Source: Candidatus Adlerbacteria bacterium
GTDB taxonomy: Bacteria; Patescibacteriota; Minisyncoccia; Phycocordibacterales; SBAW01
Direction: 5' to 3'
Length of the DNA: 64,000 nucleotides
NCBI GenBank assembly: GCA_963749085.1
Contig: CAVVLG010000002.1
Location: 155,093 to 219,092 of the forward strand
Under the pieces are notes generated by a model, which was not told the DNA's origin, ran no database searches, and saw only the letters and a list, made by a program, of their open reading frames with translations. Below are positions 9,951 to 19,794 of the stretch, in pieces. The translations under genes were made by a program, and so were the position numbers. Within the stretch, counting starts at the first letter, position 1. The number at the start of each line of letters is the position of its first letter.

Positions 9951-11252
9951 CTATCTTTTTCTCCACTCCGCGTCCTGTCGAACCAACAATTGTTCAGCGC
10001 GCTCAGGGTACGCCATGAGTTCCAAAACCGTGCGCTCCATGCGCATCGATTGGGAACCCTTGACCAAGATGCAGTCGCCCGGCACAACGAGTTCCTCGAG
10101 CTCCTCCCCCGCGCGCTCGGCATTCTCGAACTGCAAAATGTTCTGTTCGCTGAAACCTCCGTCGAGTGCGCCCGCGACGATATCGCGCGCTCGGAATCCA
10201 ATCGTCACTAAAAGGTCGCTTGTTTTAGCCACATGCGCTCCAATTTTTCGATGCTCCTCCACCGAATGGCGCCCGAGCTCGAGCATGTCGCCGAGCACTG
10301 CAATCTTTCTTCCCCTCGGCGCCGCAAGCACCAAGGTATCAAGCGCCGCAACAACGGCTGCCGGAGAGGAGTTGTAGGTATCATCAATAATAAGGGAGTT
10401 CTTGACGCCTTCAATGAGATGCATGCGCCCCGGCGGCGGCTCATAGCTCTTCAGTGCGCCAACTATGTCTGGCAGACTTCTTCCCACTGCATCCCCTACA
10501 GCGGCAGCGGCAAGGGCTGGCAACATAGCGTGACTTCCAAGCGTTCCCACGATTTCAACCGGAGCAGAACTACCTCGGATGCGGATGCGGGCGCTCATGC
10601 CTATCGGCCAGCGCTCGACACCCTCTTCAAAAAGAATCTTAAAATCCTCCACGCGCACGTCACAGGAAGAAGAAAATCCAAACGTACTCACTTTTTTATG
10701 TCCCACTCGCCGTGCGAACTCTGCGGCCCGTTCATCATCACCATAGAGCACCAATACGCCTTCCGGCACCAATGCGTTAATAAGTGACGCTTTTTCCTCT
10801 ATGACCGCTTCGGGCGAATCAAAAAACTCCACGTGCACGGGAACTTCCGGGAGCCGTGTGATGACCGCGACGTCAACCCGAAGCCACTGTGCAACGCGTC
10901 TGATGTCGCCCGGTCGGTCGGCGCCTATCTCAAGCACGAGCCACTGCGGATAACGAGAAGCTGAGAGCGCGAGGAATAACCCGTCCACGACATTTTCAAT
11001 CCAGCGCAGCGGATTGTTCCAGGGGTTGGGTTGCCCGAGAATGGTTAAAGGTAACCCGATGTCTCCGTTGAAGCTTTTTTCGCTTTTGCGGACATAGCTC
11101 CCCATCGCGATGACGGAATAAATGGCGTCTTTGGTTGAGGTCTTGCCGACACTTCCCGTCACCGCGACAATATGCGGCTTGCAGCGCTTCACGACTGCGC
11201 GCGCCTCAAGCATTAAAAGTCCAATCAATAGTTTTTTAAGAAATTTTTTCAT
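9951..11252 (-). CDS. murF: UDP-N-acetylmuramoyl-tripeptide--D-alanyl-D-alanine ligase
   Basis: Mur ligase P-loop VAVTGSVGKTSTK and the MurF-type IDDTYNSSP motif. Last gene of the minus-strand dcw cluster. Confidence 0.8.
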   Translation of the reverse strand: MKKFLKKLLIGLLMLEARAVVKRCKPHIVAVTGSVGKTSTKDAIYSVIAMGSYVRKSEKSFNGDIGLPLTILGQPNPWNNPLRWIENVVDGLFLALSASRYPQWLVLEIGADRPGDIRRVAQWLRVDVAVITRLPEVPVHVEFFDSPEAVIEEKASLINALVPEGVLVLYGDDERAAEFARRVGHKKVSTFGFSSSCDVRVEDFKILFEEGVERWPIGMSARIRIRGSSAPVEIVGTLGSHAMLPALAAAAVGDAVGRSLPDIVGALKSYEPPPGRMHLIEGVKNSLIIDDTYNSSPAAVVAALDTLVLAAPRGRKIAVLGDMLELGRHSVEEHRKIGAHVAKTSDLLVTIGFRARDIVAGALDGGFSEQNILQFENAERAGEELEELVVPGDCILVKGSQSMRMERTVLELMAYPERAEQLLVRQDAEWRKR

Positions 11253-11257
11253 ATCAC

Positions 11258-12961
11258 TTAGCGATCCGGCGGTACATTGTAATAATTAATAAGGAATTGC
11301 ACCATAGAGTGGAAGTAACTTCCCCACGTATCGGAGGAGTAGGGTGCCCCGACCGGCTCAAACGCAAAGAAAAAAAGAATGAACTGCGGATTAGTCGCGG
11401 GGAAATAGCCGAAATAGCTGTGTACATAGGTGTTGGGATAATAGGTGCCAGTCGTCGGATCGGCTATCTGGGCCGTGCCCGTTTTTGCCGCCACACTGTA
11501 ATTGGGAAAGCTCATGCCCTTGGCGAATGCGACATCGACGACGGTGACAAGCATTTGTGTGAGCGTCTGCGCGGTCGAGGGTTTGATCACGGGGCCGATC
11601 TTCGGCCAGTTGAGCGTCTGCGTAACACCAGTATCGTAGTGTATAGCGCTTACGAGGTGCGGGGTCACCAAATAGCCACCGCTTGCAAGAACGTTGAGCG
11701 CGCGAATCATCGTCACCGGTGTTACTGCAATGCCCTGCCCGAAGGCCGCGGTGTCATAATCCACCTGTTCGGACGTATAGAGGTTGTTCACCAGCCCCGC
11801 TTGTTCGTCCGGCATATCAATGCCGGAGATTTGCCCCAAGTCGTAATGGTTGAGAAAGTAATTTCGCATAGTAGTCGATCCCATTTGAGTTGCGACGAAG
11901 GAGGCACCGACGTTGAGCGAATCATTGAGAATGGTCTGCATCGGGATGACGCCGTGCCCAAGGACGTCCCAGTTGCAGATGCGGGACTTGTCGACCGTAA
12001 TGCAGGCAGTGTCTTCGTACGTGGTCGTCGCAGTAATAGCGCCAGAATCTATGCCCGCCGCCATGGTTAAGGGCTTCATAATGGAGCCCATCTCGTAGTC
12101 GCCGCCGACGAGAAAATTGTTGTAGATACTGGGGTCGGTCTGCGCGCCGAAATCATTGAGGTCAAAGGTGGGATTTATGGCCATCGCATAAATAGCTCCC
12201 GTCTGCGGATTCATGACAATGCCGCCGGAGAATTCTGAGTGCCACTGCGCCTGATACGACACCAAGTCGCGCTCAAGTTCCTCCTGCACCGAAGGTTCAA
12301 TAGTGGTAATAATATCTCCCGTCTGCGGCGCTCCTTGCAACAATCCTTTCACCCCTCCGAAGAGTTGCACGAAGAAATTGCTATAGAGGTCATCTATCTT
12401 CGCGAGCACATCCTGATACTCGGCCTCAAGTCCGTAGCGCCCAACCTCTGTGTTGCCGTCGTAGGCGACGAATCCTATTTCCTGCGCAGCCAAGGAGCCT
12501 CCGGGGTAATACGGCCAGCGATCCTCCGCCAAGACAACGCCGGGGAGGTTTTCGGCCTGTATCTGCTGCCCCAGAGGGGTGGCGAGTTGATTGGCGAGAA
12601 TTTCGTACTCTGTTCCTGTCGCGGTCGCCTTCTGCATAAAGTCGCCCTCCGAGAGGGGCACAAAGGCATTGAGTTCCTGGTAGAGCTTCCCAGGGTCCAC
12701 CACCTTGGTCGGGTTTATGGCCAGGGTGAAGCCCGTGTCCATGGTGGCTGCGGTTATCTCGGTACCGTCTTTGGCGGTGAAATAAATGCTGTCGCGATCA
12801 GGGAGCGGAGAGGCCGGGATTTCAAACTGGGCGTCAGCGCGCTCAGTATACGCTGAACCTTCGATTATCTGCAGCAGATAGAGCCTACCGATGATAAGAA
12901 GCGCTACCGCAAGACACAGGAAGGTTACTATCCTCACGCGCGCGACAAAACGGGCATTCAT
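11258..12961 (-). CDS. ftsI: penicillin-binding protein (FtsI-like transpeptidase)
   Basis: N-terminal TM anchor, SIMK (SxxK), SxN and KTG(T) transpeptidase motifs. Sits between ftsL and murF. Confidence 0.85.
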   Translation of the reverse strand: MNARFVARVRIVTFLCLAVALLIIGRLYLLQIIEGSAYTERADAQFEIPASPLPDRDSIYFTAKDGTEITAATMDTGFTLAINPTKVVDPGKLYQELNAFVPLSEGDFMQKATATGTEYEILANQLATPLGQQIQAENLPGVVLAEDRWPYYPGGSLAAQEIGFVAYDGNTEVGRYGLEAEYQDVLAKIDDLYSNFFVQLFGGVKGLLQGAPQTGDIITTIEPSVQEELERDLVSYQAQWHSEFSGGIVMNPQTGAIYAMAINPTFDLNDFGAQTDPSIYNNFLVGGDYEMGSIMKPLTMAAGIDSGAITATTTYEDTACITVDKSRICNWDVLGHGVIPMQTILNDSLNVGASFVATQMGSTTMRNYFLNHYDLGQISGIDMPDEQAGLVNNLYTSEQVDYDTAAFGQGIAVTPVTMIRALNVLASGGYLVTPHLVSAIHYDTGVTQTLNWPKIGPVIKPSTAQTLTQMLVTVVDVAFAKGMSFPNYSVAAKTGTAQIADPTTGTYYPNTYVHSYFGYFPATNPQFILFFFAFEPVGAPYSSDTWGSYFHSMVQFLINYYNVPPDR

Positions 12962-12985
12962 CTCCCTTATTCTACTGCATTTCTC

Positions 12986-13354
12986 CTACTGATCCCCGGA
13001 TGCAGGAGCGGGTGGAGTTACCGCCAACGAAAGTGATTGGGACTCTACGGTATCAACGACAGTGTCTATCTGGGTTGGCACCACAAACCCGAGGGCTTCT
13101 GCTCTGTCGGGCGTGAGCGCTATCGTTTGTGCCAAATATTGCGCCTCTAGGCTGCCGAGTTGTTCGTTGAGGGCACTTATCTGCCCTTGCGCCTCGGTGA
13201 AGCCTGCTGCGTGAGCCACCGCTTCAAGCAAAAAGAACCCGTAGAGAAGGGCGCACACAGCGCACACAATCGCTAAAAGCGCCATGACCCGGTTGAAGTA
13301 GGGTTCAATGGAGAACGCGGCGCTTGTGACTGGTTTTATTATTGTTTGATGCAT
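12986..13354 (-). CDS. ftsL: cell division protein FtsL-like
   Basis: 122 aa bitopic protein with one TM helix and a coiled coil, in the canonical slot between rsmH and ftsI. Confidence 0.5.
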   Translation of the reverse strand: MHQTIIKPVTSAAFSIEPYFNRVMALLAIVCAVCALLYGFFLLEAVAHAAGFTEAQGQISALNEQLGSLEAQYLAQTIALTPDRAEALGFVVPTQIDTVVDTVESQSLSLAVTPPAPASGDQ

Positions 13355-14319
13355 ATCTTTTCTATGGCGCGCAGCTTCGCACTGCGTGCGGAAGGATTGA
13401 GCCCTATCTCCTCCCGTCTGGGAATGAGCGGCTTTTTAAAAATAATGTGACCGTGGGCCGCGCCTTTTTGTTTTGCATAGTGAGCGAACATTCTCTTCAC
13501 CAGACGATCTTCGATACTATGAAAAGTAACGACGGCGATGCGCCCCTCACAGGAGAGATACTTCCATGCGGCGCTCACTCCGCGCTCAATGCTTTTGAGT
13601 TCGTCATTAACGGCGATGCGCAGAGCCTGGAATGTTTTGGTCGCGGGATGGAGACGGCCGTGGCGATAGCGCGCGGGCACCGCATCTTTGATGATCTCAA
13701 CGAGCTCCAGCGTCGTCTCAATTCGTTTTATTTTTCTTCTCTCAACTATTGCCTTGGCGATTGGCCGCGCGTAGCGCTCTTCCCCGTAGCCAAAGAATAT
13801 ATCCGCAAGCACTTTTTCCTCCCAGGTATTGAGTATCTCGGCAGCATTAAATCCAGACGCGGGTTTTTTCCCGTAACTCATGGAAAGCGGCTCGTCGTTA
13901 AGAAAGGAAAATCCGCGACCTGAGAAGAGCTGGGTGCTATTCCATCCCAAATCAAAGAGCACCTTATCGAGCACCGGTATGTGTTCATGCACCAGTATGC
14001 GAGGGAGGTCTCCGAAATTACCCTCAATAACGCGTACCTGTGGGAGACGCGCTTTAGTTGCGGCGACTGCTTCGGAGTCGGCATCAAGAGCGATGACCGT
14101 ACCGCCCGCTTTGTGGAGCGCCTCGCTGTGCCCGCCGAGACCAACGGTCGCATCGAGAACTAGGTCTCCCTTTTTAATAGCAAGTGCTTCGACTGCTTCT
14201 TTGAGCAAGACGCTCGCATGTTTGTGCCGCAATGTCTGCTCGCGAACCGTGCCACTCTCCTCTCGAGAGGAGTGGTGCGACCCACGAACAGGCATCGATG
14301 CAAAAAGTGTAGTCTCCAT
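13339..14319 (-). CDS. rsmH: 16S rRNA (cytosine1402-N4)-methyltransferase RsmH
   Basis: SAM-binding LDATVGLGGHSE and conserved RsmH core (DLGWNSTQL). Follows mraZ. Confidence 0.9.
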   Translation of the reverse strand: METTLFASMPVRGSHHSSREESGTVREQTLRHKHASVLLKEAVEALAIKKGDLVLDATVGLGGHSEALHKAGGTVIALDADSEAVAATKARLPQVRVIEGNFGDLPRILVHEHIPVLDKVLFDLGWNSTQLFSGRGFSFLNDEPLSMSYGKKPASGFNAAEILNTWEEKVLADIFFGYGEERYARPIAKAIVERRKIKRIETTLELVEIIKDAVPARYRHGRLHPATKTFQALRIAVNDELKSIERGVSAAWKYLSCEGRIAVVTFHSIEDRLVKRMFAHYAKQKGAAHGHIIFKKPLIPRREEIGLNPSARSAKLRAIEKICIKQ

Positions 14320-14322
14320 ATA

Positions 14323-14757
14323 TCAAAGAATTCCTAAATCGCCCAGAGTCTGTGCCATCTTATCCGCTCCTTTCTCAATGCGGCGTTTATACTCCTCCCA
14401 CGTTTTTTCGTTCCAGATCTCTATGCGGTCTGAAACGCCCGCGAGGACGACCCGGGAGCGAAGATCCGCAAATGTTTTCAGGAAATCCGGAATGAGCACA
14501 CGACCAGCGCCATCGATATCTACTTCGACCGCGCCGCTTAGGAGAAAGCGACTCATGCCGCGGGTGTCAGCGCCTCCAATCGGGAGCTTCTGCATTTTTT
14601 GTGCTATATCCTTCCACGCGCTCAGCGGAAACATAAAGAGGCACGCATCAAGGCCGCGCGTGATGACCACCTTCCTCCCCATTTCTTTGCGGAATTTCGC
14701 CGGAAGCGAAAGTCGCTTCTTGCTGTCCAGTGTATGTAGATATTCGCCGATGAGCAT
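14323..14757 (-). CDS. mraZ: transcriptional regulator MraZ
   Basis: Two MraZ half-domains each with a D-x-K-x-R-L-S-(I)P type motif (LDSKKRLSLP, IDGAGRVLIP). Start set at MLIGEYLHTLDSKKR. The longer ORF begins at a GTG inside the operator. Confidence 0.85.
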   Translation of the reverse strand: MLIGEYLHTLDSKKRLSLPAKFRKEMGRKVVITRGLDACLFMFPLSAWKDIAQKMQKLPIGGADTRGMSRFLLSGAVEVDIDGAGRVLIPDFLKTFADLRSRVVLAGVSDRIEIWNEKTWEEYKRRIEKGADKMAQTLGDLGIL

Positions 14758-14773
14758 AGCGTTTGTTGAAGAT

Positions 14774-14788
14774 CCCACTTTATCCCAC
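14774..14788 (-). promoter_or_regulatory. putative MraZ boxes (TGGGA-N5-TGGGA on the minus strand)
   Basis: Two direct TGGGA pentamers with 10-bp periodicity 17-30 nt upstream of the mraZ start, resembling MraZ operator direct repeats. Confidence 0.4.
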
Positions 14789-15009
14789 TAACAATGGAGT
14801 TTATACTACTTTGCCCCACTTTGAATGTCTATTTATCCACAAATTTCCTCTAAAATACATACTAGGACAACCCTTCTCGGACGAGACGCTCAAAAAGCCT
14901 TATACCAAAGGCTTTGCAAGTCCTTGACATTTTTATATTTTTAGCCTACACTGTACGCCAGAAACGTTAATGGGAGGCGCTCAGACATCAACCCCCACTT
15001 AAGGAGCGT

Positions 15010-15231
15010 GTGATGACTGCGGCATTAAAAAAGTTTTTCCAACCCGAAACGAACGAAGAGATGCTGAAGCGCGTCGCGATGATTCTCATCGCCTCGATTT
15101 CAGTTCTGTTCGTCACGATTCTACTCAACAAGCTCGAGGAGGTTCGCCACACGAAGTATTATCGCTTCGGCGGTTCCGTCATTGCAGATTCTCCCGATAA
15201 AGTTGTTGTGTACGAATTTCATCACCACTGA
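15010..15231 (+). CDS. hypothetical small membrane protein (73 aa)
   Basis: Single TM helix. TTGACA-17-TACACT promoter-like sequence at about 14946-14974. Confidence 0.35.
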   Translation: MMTAALKKFFQPETNEEMLKRVAMILIASISVLFVTILLNKLEEVRHTKYYRFGGSVIADSPDKVVVYEFHHH

Positions 15232-15356
15232 AGCACGGGCGGCCTGCAATGCGAGCCGCCCGTTTACTTTTCCCCATACTACACGTTTACTTTCATATAC
15301 GAATCTGTTATAAGAAAAAGTAGTTGAGTTCTTCGCTCAAAAAGGAGGCTCGGGAA

Positions 15357-15554
15357 ATGACCCGACGAAATACTAATATCTCACAGTGCGATCGACCAGG
15401 TTGCCAAGGATATCTTGGGCTGAGGTATGTCAAACTTCGTGGTAGGAGGTTTTGCAGTCGCAGATGTCGCAAACGGTATAACTCGGAGAATCCGAGTTCC
15501 TCTATTTTAAAATGGTGGCGATTGTCCTGGTTACGTTTGCGTTCGTATCCGTAA
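15357..15554 (+). CDS. hypothetical small zinc-ribbon protein (65 aa)
   Basis: Strong SD AAAGGAGG 5 nt before ATG 15357. C-x4-C ... FCSRRCRKRY cysteine pattern. The overlapping minus-strand ORF 15308..15628 was judged spurious. Confidence 0.35.
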   Translation: MTRRNTNISQCDRPGCQGYLGLRYVKLRGRRFCSRRCRKRYNSENPSSSILKWWRLSWLRLRSYP

Positions 15555-15644
15555 ACGTAACAACGACAGGTGTCACAACTGCCCTTCCGCTCACGCGGAT
15601 AGTGGAACTTATGAGTTAGCCCCGCCACACTTTGGTGGGGCTGT

Positions 15645-17321
15645 TTATTGCGTTGCTTCCTTAAGTCGCTTTACTACAAACTTCCGCGGGAGCACCGAGA
15701 GAAACCACCCCGCTTTGGGACCAAACGACTTCCCTAAAAATGAAAGATAGATGGCCCCGAACAGTTCTGCCGGGGGAATCGGTACTTCTTCTTTCAGTTG
15801 ATGAAGCTGGTGGTGTATGTCCTCACCGGAGGGCATAGCCTCTGACACTTCAAGATATTGAAGTAATCCAACGAGTGCTTTCTTTTGCACAATACTAAGA
15901 GACCGGGCAGCAGTCGGGAGCGTTTCCTGCAACTTAAAGACAAATTTCTCTGGGGCATATTCATCAAGCCACCGCTTGGCGTAGGTTGAGCGCTCTTCCA
16001 ATTCTTTTTTATCAAAAGCAGTCAAACTACCTCCCTTAAGATGTTCGACTTCCTTCTCCAGATTTAAGTGCTGCATCTGCACTAAAAATGCCACTTGGGA
16101 AAATCGCGGCAAAAACATTTCTGTTGGTACGGTGCGACTGGGATGTACGAATTCAAACAGACGCGCGTAATCGTCTTTGACACCCGACCAATACCCGAGA
16201 GCTAATTTGTCGTACTGATCGTAGAGTACCGGGATGGTGTCTCCTTCCGGATCGAAGTTAAAAGCCTGGTTGATATCCTTACCCAAGAGCGCAAGGCGGA
16301 ATATTTTTGCCGGGAGAAGATCTGAGATCTCTTTAGCGCTTGAGCCTCGGCCTTTAGAGGACGACATTTTTTTGCCGCCGACCAGGAAGAACTCATACGG
16401 AATATCAAACGGCGGCTCGCGGTGGAATACCTCGCGACTTATGTGGTTGGCTACGTCGCGGGCTCCCCCTTTGGTTGAGTGGTCTTTTCCTCCGCCTTCA
16501 ATAGCAACGCCCATAACCTTCCATTTGGCGGCCCACTCAACCTTCCACGGCAATTTGGCACTGCCTCCAAAAGGAGAAACCCGGCCTTCAAAGCCGCAGC
16601 CTTTGGTGTAGGCGACCTTCTCAGCCTGGCAGTGCACCAAAACCGTCGAACCGTCGAAATCCTCCGCCTGTGTGGTCGCTAGCTTACCGCACGTGGGGCA
16701 TATAACTGAGATGGGAAGCCATTTCTCATCGCGCTCTCCTCCGGACACTTCCTTATATATGCGCCGAATGGCGGGAGCACCCATGAGAGCCTCCTTAATA
16801 ACAGAATCCATTTTCCCAGAGAGGTAGAGTTCGCTTCCCCAGTAAAACTGGGGGTTAAATCCCGCGTCCGTTATGACCTTCTGGAATTCGGTGGCAAAAT
16901 ATTCAGCGTAATTCTTTGCCGACGGTTCTGGTGAGGGCACTTGATACAGGAGCATGCCCAGATATTTCTCAAACTTCTCCCGCGGCAAATATGAAGGCAC
17001 GTCATCCATGACGTCAAAGTCGTTATGCTCCCAATAAAACATGGTCTTTACTCCCTGCTCAGCGAGCACCTTGGAGATTAGGCCATGTATAGCCACTCCT
17101 CGCATGGAGCCCACATGCACGCGGCCAGATAACGTTTTCTCATCGCGAATGACGAGAGCTTTATTTGGTTTTCCAAATTGTTTCTCTATCTCCCCTGCAA
17201 TCCGGTCTGCCCAAAACATACGCTCTAGCTTAGCTTTTTTTTGACCGAAGCTATAGTGCTTGACAAAGTAGTTAAGACAGGACATTCCCAACACATCGCG
17301 CCGGGGAATTTTTTTATTCAA
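15645..17321 (-). CDS. lysK: lysyl-tRNA synthetase, class I
   Basis: 558 aa class I aaRS with HVGSMRG (HIGH-like) and KMSSSKG, the KMSKS variant typical of class I LysRS. Confidence 0.65.
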   Translation of the reverse strand: MNKKIPRRDVLGMSCLNYFVKHYSFGQKKAKLERMFWADRIAGEIEKQFGKPNKALVIRDEKTLSGRVHVGSMRGVAIHGLISKVLAEQGVKTMFYWEHNDFDVMDDVPSYLPREKFEKYLGMLLYQVPSPEPSAKNYAEYFATEFQKVITDAGFNPQFYWGSELYLSGKMDSVIKEALMGAPAIRRIYKEVSGGERDEKWLPISVICPTCGKLATTQAEDFDGSTVLVHCQAEKVAYTKGCGFEGRVSPFGGSAKLPWKVEWAAKWKVMGVAIEGGGKDHSTKGGARDVANHISREVFHREPPFDIPYEFFLVGGKKMSSSKGRGSSAKEISDLLPAKIFRLALLGKDINQAFNFDPEGDTIPVLYDQYDKLALGYWSGVKDDYARLFEFVHPSRTVPTEMFLPRFSQVAFLVQMQHLNLEKEVEHLKGGSLTAFDKKELEERSTYAKRWLDEYAPEKFVFKLQETLPTAARSLSIVQKKALVGLLQYLEVSEAMPSGEDIHHQLHQLKEEVPIPPAELFGAIYLSFLGKSFGPKAGWFLSVLPRKFVVKRLKEATQ

Positions 17322-17778
17322 CCTTTAAAATTTTATATTTCTGCGTGCCCTTCGGGGTGTGAAATGAAAACTCGTCGCTTTTCTTTTTGCCTAACAATGC
17401 TGCCCCCAGGGGCGAGTGATAGGAAATTTTGCCTGAAATAACATCAGCTTCCTCCGCACCCACGATAAGATAATGGTGTTTTTCGTCCGCGCCGATTTTT
17501 TGCACCGTGACTTGGGAGCCCATACCGACGGTGTCGCTTTTGGAGCCGCGCACGATTTTCGCGTTCTTTAATATGGCTTCGAGCTTCTGGATACGCTCTT
17601 CAACGGCCGCCTGCATTTCGCGTGCTTCCTGGTACTCGGCGTTTTCCGAAAGATCGCCGAGCGAGCGAGCATATTCAAGCTGCTCCGCCACTTCGCGCCT
17701 ACGAGTTGTGCGCAAATCGTCAAGTTCTTTGGTCAATTCCTCAAATTTCTCCTGCGAGATGAGTTCTTCCTTCGGCAT
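17314..17778 (-). CDS. greA: transcription elongation factor GreA
   Basis: N-terminal coiled coil with SLGDLSENAEY and a C-terminal FKBP-like domain. Start set at MPKEELIS. The longer ORF has no homology-supported N-terminal extension. Confidence 0.85.
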   Translation of the reverse strand: MPKEELISQEKFEELTKELDDLRTTRRREVAEQLEYARSLGDLSENAEYQEAREMQAAVEERIQKLEAILKNAKIVRGSKSDTVGMGSQVTVQKIGADEKHHYLIVGAEEADVISGKISYHSPLGAALLGKKKSDEFSFHTPKGTQKYKILKVE

Positions 17779-17818
17779 ATCGAAAGACAAGTGTATAGGA
17801 AGGGTATAAATTGTCAAA

Positions 17819-19498
17819 CTACTGTAGATACTGCGGCTCGTTTGCTTCCATCCACTCAAAAAACTGCTGCATGACGGTGGGAGATTCAATCAACGTGCCG
17901 GCGGGGCCTTGCTGGAGCACCACCGCGAAGGCGTACTCGGGATCTTGGTACGGCCAATATCCTATCATCGAAGAATTTTGATATTGGTTGTGCGAGCCTA
18001 CCTGCGCTACGCCGTCTTTTGCCGCAATGGCGACAAATGGAAAATTTACCTCCTGGACAATCCCCCAGGTGACGCCGAGTCGCATGCCCTGCTGTACCAC
18101 TTCCAGATCGCCCTGGGGCAAATTCATATTTACTCCCTGCGGAGTCGAACTTGCAAGCAAAGTCGGAGTGAGCAGTATGCCGCCGTTTGCAATTGCGGCT
18201 GCTTCCCGCACGGCCTGCAGTGGCGTTATTTGCGTCCCGTACTGCCCTATCGCGGTGTGGTAGGTGTCGCCGAGACGCCACGTGGGGTCGCTTGGAAAAT
18301 TAAGCGCTTTCCACGCGGGGCTTGAGACCGTGCCCGCCGCTTCGGTAAAGCCTTGAAGTCCCGTCAGGGAGCCGAATCCGAAGAGATTGAAATACTTATC
18401 GAGCTCGGTGATGCCGAGTCCTGGCTGGTTTTGGTATCCCCCGCCCACTTCATAAAAATAGACGTCCGAGGACAGCGCTATCGCCTGCTGCATGTCCATG
18501 AGTCCATTGGCGCGCCAGTCCTTGAAAATAGAGGGCTGCGCCGGATCATACGGGTTGGGAATGGATATAGAGCCGGTTGAAAGTATCTGCGTGCTCGGAC
18601 TGATGACGCCGTCGACAAGCGCCCCGACTGCCACAATGGGTTTGACAATGGAGCCCGGGGAGTACAGACCATCGACCGCGCGATCAAGAAACGGCTGATC
18701 CGGATCGCTATTGTAGGAAGCCACGGCCGCCGCGTTACCGTCAGTCATCGCCGTTTGGGAATATTCCGGATAACTGGTGAGAGCCAAGAGTGCTCCGGTA
18801 TGCACATTCATGATGACGCCCGCGCCTCCCTGAAAACCCGACTGCTGCACTATCTTCGCTATTGTGTCGTAGAAGCCTTGCGTGACGTTTGCGTCTATGG
18901 ACAGCGTGATGGTTTGGCCAGGCACTGGCGGCTGCTCGACGCTTTGGGACACAACGTTGCCGTGCGCGTCAATTTCAGTGAGTGCCAGCCCATTGGTACC
19001 AGAAAGCTCACCATCAAACGCCCGCTCGGTGCCATCCATACCTTCAAAGTCATCCTGGTAATAGACGCCACTGGAGTCTTTGGCCGGCGGCTTCACATAC
19101 CCGACCACGTGGGAGAGTCCGACGTATGGCGCATAGACGCGCTGCGCAAAATCATCGGCCACGCTACTCCTAACATTGTACGCAAGCGGGATACCATTTA
19201 CATCGAGTATGCTGCCGCGATCGGCAAAAATAACTTTCTCTACTAGCTGATTTTGTTGGGCCTGTTGTGCATAGGCACTACCGTCCACGAGTTGGAGATC
19301 GCTGGCGCGCGCAATAAAAGCAAAGAATACCAACACTAAAAAGGCACCGGGGTAAAAGAAGGAGCGGGAACGCAGCGGCCGCTCGATGCGTCCCTCAAAC
19401 TGATCGCGGTCCAACTCGGCAATATTTTCAGCGTCTATGAGTATCTCGTCCGGATGGATTTCAGTATTTATTTTCGATTTTCGTCTGAATATTCTCAT
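17819..19498 (-). CDS. mrdA: penicillin-binding protein 2 (elongasome transpeptidase)
   Basis: TM anchor, SIVK (SxxK), SSD (SxD) and KDG motifs. Immediately downstream of mreBCD. Confidence 0.8.
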   Translation of the reverse strand: MRIFRRKSKINTEIHPDEILIDAENIAELDRDQFEGRIERPLRSRSFFYPGAFLVLVFFAFIARASDLQLVDGSAYAQQAQQNQLVEKVIFADRGSILDVNGIPLAYNVRSSVADDFAQRVYAPYVGLSHVVGYVKPPAKDSSGVYYQDDFEGMDGTERAFDGELSGTNGLALTEIDAHGNVVSQSVEQPPVPGQTITLSIDANVTQGFYDTIAKIVQQSGFQGGAGVIMNVHTGALLALTSYPEYSQTAMTDGNAAAVASYNSDPDQPFLDRAVDGLYSPGSIVKPIVAVGALVDGVISPSTQILSTGSISIPNPYDPAQPSIFKDWRANGLMDMQQAIALSSDVYFYEVGGGYQNQPGLGITELDKYFNLFGFGSLTGLQGFTEAAGTVSSPAWKALNFPSDPTWRLGDTYHTAIGQYGTQITPLQAVREAAAIANGGILLTPTLLASSTPQGVNMNLPQGDLEVVQQGMRLGVTWGIVQEVNFPFVAIAAKDGVAQVGSHNQYQNSSMIGYWPYQDPEYAFAVVLQQGPAGTLIESPTVMQQFFEWMEANEPQYLQ

Positions 19499-19501
19499 GG
19501 G

Positions 19502-19792
19502 TCAGAGTGTTTCCGGAAAATCCTTGTTCATGACGTACCCCATGCCAACGTAGCGGACGAGGGAAAGTACCACTGCGGCGAGCGTAAAGGGAAAGTAGAG
19601 GTAGTGGAGCGTTCCCAAAGGAGCCCCGTAAGCGAGATCAAGGAGCACCCCTATGGCGATCGCAAATACCCATCTCCCCGAGAGAGCCGCGAGTGCAATG
19701 CCCAAAAGCGAAAGCGGCCACAGCGGCAGGAGAAATCCCACTGCCGCAAGGAGAAACGAAATCGAAAGTATCCACTTAGTGTTTGCGCTCAT
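19502..19792 (-). CDS. mreD: rod shape-determining protein MreD-like
   Basis: 96 aa polytopic membrane protein in the slot between mreC and PBP2. Confidence 0.5.
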   Translation of the reverse strand: MSANTKWILSISFLLAAVGFLLPLWPLSLLGIALAALSGRWVFAIAIGVLLDLAYGAPLGTLHYLYFPFTLAAVVLSLVRYVGMGYVMNKDFPETL

Positions 19793-19794
19793 GA

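Noticed and set aside
13880-14791. 303-aa plus-strand ORF (and similar long antisense ORFs such as 11297..12070, 18755..19246 and 53606..54085)
   Set aside because: These lie entirely antisense to well-supported genes (rsmH/mraZ, ftsI, PBP2, DedA). They have Arg/Ser/Pro-rich composition typical of shadow ORFs in GC-rich DNA.
15308-15628. 106-aa minus-strand ORF in the 15.25-15.64 kb gap
   Set aside because: The plus-strand 65-aa ORF at 15357 has a strong AAAGGAGG Shine-Dalgarno and a zinc-ribbon-like Cys pattern. The minus-strand ORF has neither and mostly mirrors it.
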